Source: Candidatus Latescibacterota bacterium
GTDB lineage: Bacteria; Latescibacterota; UBA2968; UBA8231
NCBI GenBank assembly: GCA_965243025.1
Contig: CBDETY010000003.1
Span: forward strand, 544,001 to 608,000
Direction of reading: 5' to 3'
DNA length: 64,000 nt
This document shows positions 57,877 through 64,000 of this stretch, piece by piece. The notes below the pieces were generated by a model that was given only the letters and a program-made list of their open reading frames with translations, searched no databases and had not been told where the DNA came from. Position 1 is the stretch's first letter; each line of letters begins with the position of its first letter. Made by a program: the position numbers and the translations under genes.

Positions 57877-58680
57877 ATGTTGACAGACCAGCAACTGCAT
57901 CACTTCCGAACCTTCGGCTTCGTCACCCTGCGCAAGCTGTTCACCCTGGAAGAAGTCGAGATCCTGCGCGAGGAGTACGAGTCCGAGCTCGATCACGTGT
58001 ACGCCGATCAGCCCTTCACGGGGGAGACGCGCTACTGGACGATGATGCTGCACCCGCGCACCCCTCTGTACGCCAGCCTGCTCGAAGACGATCGCTTCTG
58101 CGGCGTGGCCGAGCAGCTCTACGGCGACGACGTCATCGGCATCGGCACCGATGCCAACCGCTATGTCGGCGATACGAGATGGCATCCCGACCACAAGGCC
58201 GATCCATCAGCGGACTGTTTCGGCGTCAAGTTCGCCTTCTACCTCGACCCGGTCGATGCCGGGAGCGGTGCCCTGCGGCTCATCCCCGGGTCGCACCGGC
58301 GCGAGTTCCACTATCAGTTGCACGACTCCCTGAACTCCCTCGAGCTCGACGTGGCCGACGTCCCCGCCTACGTCTGCCGGTCGGAGCCGGGCGACGTGGT
58401 GGCCTTCGACATGCGCTGCTGGCACGCCAGCAGTGGCGGCGCTGCGGGCCGCCGCATGTGCACCTGTGTGTACTACAACAATCCCAAGGGCGAAGTCGAA
58501 GAGGCCGCCACTCGTGAACGCGCCGTCCGCTCGAAGGAGACGCCCGCGCACTTCGGGCGGGATGAACAGTCCATGTACCCGCTCGAATGGCTGCGGAATC
58601 CTTCCGGCAGCCCCAGGCGAGGACGCTGGCTGCGGCGCATGGCTGAGCTCGGGTACTTCGAATTGCCCGCCGTCTCTTGA
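57877..58680 (+). CDS. PhyH-family Fe(II)/2OG dioxygenase
   Basis: MLTDQQLHHFRTFGF, RWHPD, KFAFYLD, GALRLIPGSH, PGDVVAFD...WHAS.GG...RR. GGAGG RBS. Confidence 0.9.
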   Translation: MLTDQQLHHFRTFGFVTLRKLFTLEEVEILREEYESELDHVYADQPFTGETRYWTMMLHPRTPLYASLLEDDRFCGVAEQLYGDDVIGIGTDANRYVGDTRWHPDHKADPSADCFGVKFAFYLDPVDAGSGALRLIPGSHRREFHYQLHDSLNSLELDVADVPAYVCRSEPGDVVAFDMRCWHASSGGAAGRRMCTCVYYNNPKGEVEEAATRERAVRSKETPAHFGRDEQSMYPLEWLRNPSGSPRRGRWLRRMAELGYFELPAVS

Positions 58681-58755
58681 GCGTCCAGGTCGCAGCAAAG
58701 CATTGATGCGACAGTCATACAGTCTATAAACCATATCCCGCAGAAGCGTTGTGGT

Positions 58756-58878
58756 ACATATCTCTGGACCGCGGCTTGCTCGAGGCAATCGACGACGAGG
58801 CGAAGCAGCGCGGCATGACCCGGTCGGCCTTTCCTGGCGACGGCGGCCAGGCCGAGATCGGGGCCACCTGACCGGAGG
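58756..58878 (+). repeat. Degenerate duplicate of the hicB 3' end (62462-62584)
   Basis: Near-identical CTGGACCGCGG..TGCTCGAGGCAATCGACGACGAGGCGAAGCAGCGC.GCATGACCCGGTCGGCCTT...GCCACCTGACCGGAGG, with indels. Confidence 0.88.
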
Positions 58879-59066
58879 GAACGGCACGGCGTAGGCAGGA
58901 GCCTGCCTCCCCTGGCGGGCGCCGCGAGTCCGTGGCCACGGTGCTGGCCGCCCGAGATCCGTCCCCGAGGTGAGCGAGGCCGTTGCCGTGAACGCCGTCG
59001 ACAAGGCGTGGCCGCGCGGGGTATCTTGGGTGAAGATGCCTCACCGGAGCATAGGGGCTGACCATC

Positions 59067-59705
59067 GTGAGCAACTGGAATGTGAAAGGGCTCATCCTGG
59101 AAGGCGTTCCAGGGACCGGGAAGACGACACTTCTCAACTCTATACTGCGTTCGCGGCGCTATGTCGATCGTTCCTTCCTCAGTACGATGGTCCTCTCGGA
59201 CCATCAGACTCAACGGGTACTCGAGGCCAAGGAGGAGGAAGAGGGCCTCGATCGACATGACAACGTAGCCCTTCTGGAGAGTCACCTCACCTACCTCTGC
59301 GGAATCCAGGAGCGATTGAAAAACATGCCGTGGTGCGCGAATGGGAGGACCAATCAGCGAGCGACCTACCTGATCGAGCGCTTTCACTTCACCCATGTCT
59401 GCCACTACGCCCATATGGACTGGCAGGATGTCGCTCATGTTGACTCGCAGCTCGGCGATCTCGGATGCAAACTGTGCCTGGTCGTCGCCGAACCGCAGGA
59501 AATCGTAGATCGAATCATGGGCGATCGCCCCGGGTGGAGGGAGTGGGTCGGAGGGATCGACGGGAGAGAGCACTTTCGCGCACAGCAGGAGTGTCTGTTG
59601 GGCCTTCGAACGAAGTCGAGACTGGAGTCGATGGTCATCGACTCGTCGAATACTGGTGTCAAACGATCCACTGAGCAGGTATTGGAATTCTGGGATGCAG
59701 TCTGA
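59067..59705 (+). CDS. P-loop nucleoside/nucleotide-kinase-like protein
   Basis: LILEGVPGTGKTTL Walker A, YLIERFH, IDSS at the C-terminus (dTMP-kinase-like layout). Confidence 0.7.
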   Translation: MSNWNVKGLILEGVPGTGKTTLLNSILRSRRYVDRSFLSTMVLSDHQTQRVLEAKEEEEGLDRHDNVALLESHLTYLCGIQERLKNMPWCANGRTNQRATYLIERFHFTHVCHYAHMDWQDVAHVDSQLGDLGCKLCLVVAEPQEIVDRIMGDRPGWREWVGGIDGREHFRAQQECLLGLRTKSRLESMVIDSSNTGVKRSTEQVLEFWDAV

Positions 59706-60651
59706 GTACGAGGCCTGGGACAAGGCAGCCTGGGAAGAGGTCTACGGCTTCTATGATTCTGCCGGGACCATGGAGGACGTCTACGGTCCTGGCAATCCTC
59801 AACATCGGCTGGCTCCGGAGTTCTTCGAGTTCTATCGGAGGAACCAACCGGGGAGAGACGCTACCCACGCCCTGAAAAATGCTCTCGTCATGTGGAGCAA
59901 CCTGAAGGGAGTCAGCAATCGCGTTCAGCAGGAGATCAGGCACATCTCTGTTGAAGAGGACGTTTGGGAAGGAATTGCCAACTTGCTGCCTGAAACATTC
60001 TACGCGGATGACAGGGAGGAAGAAGGCCTGGCGCTCCTGCGGGGTCTTGCCGAAAGAGTCGTCCCGCCCAGGAGCCGAACAGCTCTGCTCTTCGAACTCT
60101 CCACACGGCTGATGGAAAGGGGGGAATCAACCGAGGCCCGTGAAGGCTTCGACCGGATCATCGAGTGGAACGCTTCGGAGCGGCATGTCGTCGACGCCCG
60201 GGGGTACATCCACGAACTCGACCGCCTGAACCCCGGGCAGCCGGCCCCCCTGTTCACAAAGGACGCCATCGATGGAGCCGCGATCGATCTCGCCAGCCTT
60301 CGGGGCCGGATCACCCTGCTTCATTTCTGGGGAACGTCCTGCGAATGGTGCAAGTTGATCTACCCTGATCTTCGGTCCCTTGCCCGGGAGTACTCGGAGA
60401 GTGACCTGGTTCTGATCGGTCTTTCATATGACCAGGACCCCGAGTCGCTGAGGTCGACCATTCGGGAGCAGAGATTCACATGGCCGCAGATCTGTGAAGG
60501 GAATGGCTGGAAGGACGAGGTCTTCCGGCTCTACAACGTGAGGGGCGCGCCGACGGCGTATGTGATCGATCGATTCGGCCTCATCGTCCGCAAGATCCCG
60601 GGCGGGAATCGCGGGGAGGAGCTCCGGGAACTGGTTCGATCGCTGGTGTGA
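59695..60651 (+). CDS. TlpA-family thiol-disulfide redoxin with helical N-terminal domain
   Basis: PGQPAPLF, LRGRITLLHFWGTSCEWC, YNVRGAPTAYVIDRFG. Confidence 0.85.
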   Translation: MQSEYEAWDKAAWEEVYGFYDSAGTMEDVYGPGNPQHRLAPEFFEFYRRNQPGRDATHALKNALVMWSNLKGVSNRVQQEIRHISVEEDVWEGIANLLPETFYADDREEEGLALLRGLAERVVPPRSRTALLFELSTRLMERGESTEAREGFDRIIEWNASERHVVDARGYIHELDRLNPGQPAPLFTKDAIDGAAIDLASLRGRITLLHFWGTSCEWCKLIYPDLRSLAREYSESDLVLIGLSYDQDPESLRSTIREQRFTWPQICEGNGWKDEVFRLYNVRGAPTAYVIDRFGLIVRKIPGGNRGEELRELVRSLV

Positions 60652-60771
60652 GGACTGGACGGCGACCGTGGAGGAGACCCTGGCCGAGTTCGTCGAGAAG
60701 TACCAGCGGTTCTACAGCAACGCCGACCTGCTGCGGCTGCCACCGGCGGGTGGATGACGCCTCGCAGCGAG

Positions 60772-60800
60772 TTGATATTCGGACACTTGTGTCCTATGAT
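60772..60800 (+). promoter_or_regulatory. Sigma70-type promoter of hicAB with operator palindrome in the spacer
   Basis: TTGATA-N17-TATGAT. GGACAC-TT-GTGTCC at 60781-60794. Confidence 0.75.
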
Positions 60801-60805
60801 CTGAC

Positions 60806-61021
60806 GTGAAAGGCGGGGAATTCGTGAACAGGGTTTTTGAGCTCGGGGCGGAGCGGGGCGTTTCGGTTCGCCTCGATACCAAGCGCGGCAAGGGCAGTCA
60901 CGTCACGCTGTATTTCGGCTCGCGGAAGACCATTGTGAAGGACCGCCGGAAAGAGCTGCCTCCTGGCCTCCTCTCCGCCATGATCCGTCAGCTTGGTCTC
61001 GAACGCAGCGACTTCCGTTGA
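60806..61021 (+). CDS. hicA: HicA-family toxin
   Basis: RGKGSHVTLY...T.V....KELPPGLL.AM.RQLGL. Confidence 0.9.
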   Translation: MKGGEFVNRVFELGAERGVSVRLDTKRGKGSHVTLYFGSRKTIVKDRRKELPPGLLSAMIRQLGLERSDFR

Positions 61022-61039
61022 ACCAGGAAGGAGATCTTC

Positions 61040-61468
61040 ATGCAGTTCTGTTATCCAGCCAGGTTCGATCCCGATCATTCCGGCTCCATCATCGTCTCGT
61101 TCCGGGACTTTCCCGAATGTCTCACATCCGGCGCCGACATGGACTCCGCCCTCATGGAGGCTCGCGACGCGCTCGAGGAAGCGGTTGCCGGCCGAATCGA
61201 CGACGAGGAGCCCATCCCGGTTCCGAGCCCGCGACGTTCCGGCGAGCAGCTCATCGCCGTGCCCCCGGACATGGCCGCGAAGGCCGCTTTCGCCCTCGCG
61301 CTTCGTGCCAGCGGACATTCGCGTCTTGCTTTCGCCCGCCGCCTCGGTGTCGACGAAAAGGTCGTGAGACGCATGCTCGATCCGCGTCACCACACGGCAG
61401 CCAACCGTATTCACAAAGCCCTGCGAGCCCTCGGGCAGGAACTCATCGTGGAGTCTCGTGCTGCGTAA
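61040..61468 (+). CDS. hicB: HicB-family antitoxin with C-terminal HTH
   Basis: YPARF...VSFRDFPECLTSG....AL.EARDAL...I...PIPVPS; ARRLGVDEK.VRRMLDP.H.T. Confidence 0.92.
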   Translation: MQFCYPARFDPDHSGSIIVSFRDFPECLTSGADMDSALMEARDALEEAVAGRIDDEEPIPVPSPRRSGEQLIAVPPDMAAKAAFALALRASGHSRLAFARRLGVDEKVVRRMLDPRHHTAANRIHKALRALGQELIVESRAA

Positions 61469-61510
61469 TACCTGAATCGCCGCAACTTCGCAGAGCTTGG
61501 AGAGCCAACT

Positions 61511-61735
61511 GTGGGGCTGTCGAACGTGGCGCTGGCGTGGGTGCTCAAGCAGCGGGGGGTGACGTCGCTGTTGGCAGGGGCGCGGAATCCGGATGAACTC
61601 GCACGCAACCTGCCGGCGCTGGCGCTGGATCTGGACGCGGCGACGATTGCCGAACTGGAGCGGCAGAGCGAACCGGTCAAAGAGGCGATCGGGCGAAATC
61701 CGGATATGTGGTTTGCGGAGTCGCGAATGCGGTGA
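61511..61735 (+). pseudogene. 3' remnant of an aldo/keto reductase gene
   Basis: VALAWVLKQRGVTSLLAGARNPDELARN.AL...LD is a typical AKR C-terminus. The N-terminal part is absent. Confidence 0.75.
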
Positions 61736-61759
61736 AGTGCAAAAGAACTGACAGGAGCG

Positions 61760-61798
61760 TTGCCCGGATTTCGGTGTTGTGTATGTTTATACACAACA
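61760..61798 (+). promoter_or_regulatory. Putative promoter/operator of the second hicAB
   Basis: Perfect palindrome TGTTGTGTAT-GTTT-ATACACAACA (61775-61798) overlapping TTGCCC-N16-TATGTT. Confidence 0.65.
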
Positions 61799-61808
61799 AG
61801 GAACAGTT

Positions 61809-62163
61809 GTGGAACGCAACAGCGGCAGGCTCATCCGAATGCTCCAACAGGACGGCTGGGTGCATGTCGCCACAAAGGGCAGCCACTGGCAGTTTACGCA
61901 TCCCGTTAAGCCGGGGCGCGTCACGGTGCCGCACCCGAACAGGACATCCCGCGCGGAACGGTGGCGTCGATATAGTGCCCCGTCGCAGAAATATCTCGAC
62001 ATTGGGATGCCGATCCATCCCGGCTCACGGCGTTGCCTTCGCTCGCCGTACACCCTCGGTACGACTCGCTCAGGCGCCTTGTGAGCCGGGCGCCTCGACA
62101 TCCCAATTTTGTCAATCTATCTCTGCGACGGGACACTAGCGGCAGGCAGGCTGGAAGGGGTAA
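61809..62163 (+). pseudogene. hicA: HicA-family toxin inactivated by a frameshift and a MITE insertion
   Basis: LQQDGW..VATKGSHWQFTHP.KPGRVTVPHP, then a 1-base shift near 61940 to DIPRGTVASI, the MITE, then RQAGWKG-stop. Confidence 0.85.
61973..62138. mobile_element. Miniature inverted-repeat element (MITE), 166 bp including terminal TA
   Basis: TAGTGCCCCGTCGCAGAAATA and TATCTCTGCGACGGGACACTA are 19/21 complementary. Nested internal arms (CCCGGCTCAC/GTGAGCCGGG, CGTAC/GTACG). Interrupts hicA. Confidence 0.85.
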
Positions 62164-62175
62164 GGAGGACGACTG

Positions 62176-62577
62176 ATGCGCTACGTATCCTTCATCCACC
62201 GTGACGACGCCGGCTACGGGGTCAGCTTCCCCGACTTCCCGGGATGCGTCTCGGTCGGCGACACGGTTGACGACGCCGTCAGGCAGGGCGGCGAAGCCCT
62301 CGCGTTTCACGTTGAGGGACTTCGCGACGACGGCGAGCCGATTCCGGCGCCCCGCTCGATCGACGCCATCAAGGCCGACCCGGACCTCGCCGAGTGGCGG
62401 CGAGGCGCCGACTTCGTGCTGATCCCGCTCCTCCTGGACCGCGGATCCTCGCGGCGGGTCAACATCTCCCTGGACCGCGGCCTGCTCGAGGCAATCGACG
62501 ACGAGGCGAAGCAGCGCCGCATGACCCGGTCGGCCTTCCTGGCGACGGCAGCTCGACACGAGATCGAGGCCACCTGA
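62176..62577 (+). CDS. hicB: HicB-family antitoxin with C-terminal ribbon-helix-helix
   Basis: YGVSFPDFPGCVSVGDT.DDA......AL.FH..GL..DGEPIPAP; RVNISLDRGLLEAIDDEA......RSAFL. AAGGAGG RBS. Confidence 0.93.
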   Translation: MRYVSFIHRDDAGYGVSFPDFPGCVSVGDTVDDAVRQGGEALAFHVEGLRDDGEPIPAPRSIDAIKADPDLAEWRRGADFVLIPLLLDRGSSRRVNISLDRGLLEAIDDEAKQRRMTRSAFLATAARHEIEAT

Positions 62578-62598
62578 CCGGAGGCGGAGGAGAGCGAT

Positions 62599-62799
62599 AT
62601 GACCGTGCCCGCATTCATTGCCTATTCGAGAGAGAGCGCCTACAAGCGGATCGATCACAAGAAGCAACTGTTTCTCGACAACGACGTCGTCGGGGTAGTC
62701 AAGAACGTCAAGCGCGGGGTTCACGAGCCGGCCAAATTACTATGGCGGCTCCTCCATGCACCACGCATCGCCGACGAACAATTCAAGCAACCCAGCTAG
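62599..62799 (+). CDS. Small hypothetical protein or gene remnant
   Basis: GGAGGAG RBS before ATG. The N-terminus AFIAYSRES faintly recalls the TIR/SEFIR first strand. Confidence 0.3.
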   Translation: MTVPAFIAYSRESAYKRIDHKKQLFLDNDVVGVVKNVKRGVHEPAKLLWRLLHAPRIADEQFKQPS

Positions 62800-62942
62800 G
62801 GTTGCGTGCCTGCGCCTGAAGCTCACCGATGGGTCGGGCTTCGATGCCATGGTTGCAGCTTCCGATGCCGATTCCGCCAGCCGGCGGCCATCTTGGTTGG
62901 TAGTGAGAGCCGGCCCCTTGTGCAGCTGTTCTATTCGCGGCT

Positions 62943-63956
62943 TCAGATCCGTGTCCGTCCTTGGTAGATGAGAGGATGAACAATCCCGACTTCCTCTATC
63001 GCAGCGTTGAGGTCGTCCGGGAGTACTCCCCGAAGCGCAGCAGACACATTGAATTCGACTTCCTGGAGATTGCTGAAACCGACAACGATGGACTGTTGCT
63101 TCTGCTCTGAAAGCATCCAGCGGATACAGAGTTCCGCCATGGGAATATCAGCGTCCGCCTGAATTTCGAGGAACCTTAAATAGGACGCCCTGAAAGTCTC
63201 GTCCATCCAATCGGGAGGACTCTCCCGCCATGCGAATTGGGGCGCGGCGAGCCAACCTTTCATCAATGGTGCCCCGATCACGACGCCTGCCTGCAGGTCT
63301 GAAGCAGTCGGGAACAGGAATTCGACAGCATTCCTGAAAACAGGGTTGAACTGATGCGCTGTCATGACGGAATCAACCCCGATCACTTTCAGGATGCGCG
63401 CCAGCACGCGTGCATTCTTGGCCGTCAATCCGGTAAAACGGGCCTTGCCGCTGCGCTTCGCATCTGCGAGGAATTTGACCGCCGGCGCATTTGAGAAGTC
63501 GTAGTCCGTGTCATCCTCGATGAGCGCACCCCAATCCACCGCATCTTCATTTTCGGGGATATCGTCAGTCCACCATTTCATGTAGTCCGCTTCGTGAATC
63601 TGAATGATGTCCACGTAGTCGGTCTGAAGCCGCTCGAGGGAATCCTCGAATTGCTCCATGAGCCGGGCGGCGCTGCGATGACTCTCCAGGCGGTAGCGCT
63701 CACGGTTTGTAAATCCCACTTTGGTAGCGAGGACGACCTCGTCTCGTTTTCCTTTCAAGGCCGCCCCCAGCATCGTTTCATCCCTGCCGTCCCCGTAGTT
63801 CGCGGCTGTGTCGAAATAGTTCACGCCGTGGTCGATCGCATGATCCACGCAACGGTTCACACCATCCTGCCCTTGCCCTGCCATAAAAGCAGAACCGAGC
63901 CCGAGCTCACTGACGTTGAGACCTGTCTTTCCCAGTTTGCGTGTTTTCATTGCCAT
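62943..63956 (-). CDS. Aldo/keto reductase
   Basis: RKLGKTGLNVSELGLG, NYFDTAANYG, LATKVG, SLERLQTDYVDIIQIH (D-Y-K-H tetrad). Start 63956 or 63950. Confidence 0.93.
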   Translation of the reverse strand: MAMKTRKLGKTGLNVSELGLGSAFMAGQGQDGVNRCVDHAIDHGVNYFDTAANYGDGRDETMLGAALKGKRDEVVLATKVGFTNRERYRLESHRSAARLMEQFEDSLERLQTDYVDIIQIHEADYMKWWTDDIPENEDAVDWGALIEDDTDYDFSNAPAVKFLADAKRSGKARFTGLTAKNARVLARILKVIGVDSVMTAHQFNPVFRNAVEFLFPTASDLQAGVVIGAPLMKGWLAAPQFAWRESPPDWMDETFRASYLRFLEIQADADIPMAELCIRWMLSEQKQQSIVVGFSNLQEVEFNVSAALRGVLPDDLNAAIEEVGIVHPLIYQGRTRI

Positions 63957-64000
63957 TGTTCGTTCTCGTATTGATTCGTCCGGTCCTTCTGCCTACCTGG

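Noticed and set aside
53100-63000. Integron-like cassette array suggested by small genes and TA modules
   Set aside because: No integrase, mixed gene orientations and no convincing RYYYAAC...GTTRRRY attC pairs found by eye.

Overview
High-GC bacterial chromosome segment with about 50 genes and no rRNA, tRNA or CRISPR array visible. The gene content includes seven PhyH-family Fe(II)/2OG dioxygenases, two CRTAC1/ASPIC-UnbV repeat proteins, two fused MFS/spermidine-synthase-like proteins, two DUF6785/DUF6784-type membrane proteins, many sugar-acid catabolic enzymes and many toxin-antitoxin genes. This resembles Latescibacterota/Poribacteria/Acidobacteriota-type organisms, often sponge-associated; that is an inference, as there is no marker gene. 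The best candidate for an undescribed system is a ~2,100-aa membrane protein (19275-25698). It fuses a catalytically degenerate PA/M28 peptidase-like ectodomain, an FtsX/MacB-type permease region and a full DUF6785/6784-type polytopic domain, and is followed by a GT-C-like glycosyltransferase, with no ATPase in the operon. Similar building blocks recur elsewhere in the window. Other highlights: a PhyH paralogue with H-R-S in place of H-x-D (halogenase candidate); a PQQ dehydrogenase with a D-x-D motif next to a CX4CH cytochrome; an intact IS with TIRs and a CTAT target duplication; a hairpin MITE inside a hicA toxin gene with a partial second copy 58 kb away; and two ~3.7-3.9 kb cargo segments each bracketed by diverged direct repeats of gene ends. 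All family calls come from motif recognition by eye; no database searches were run.
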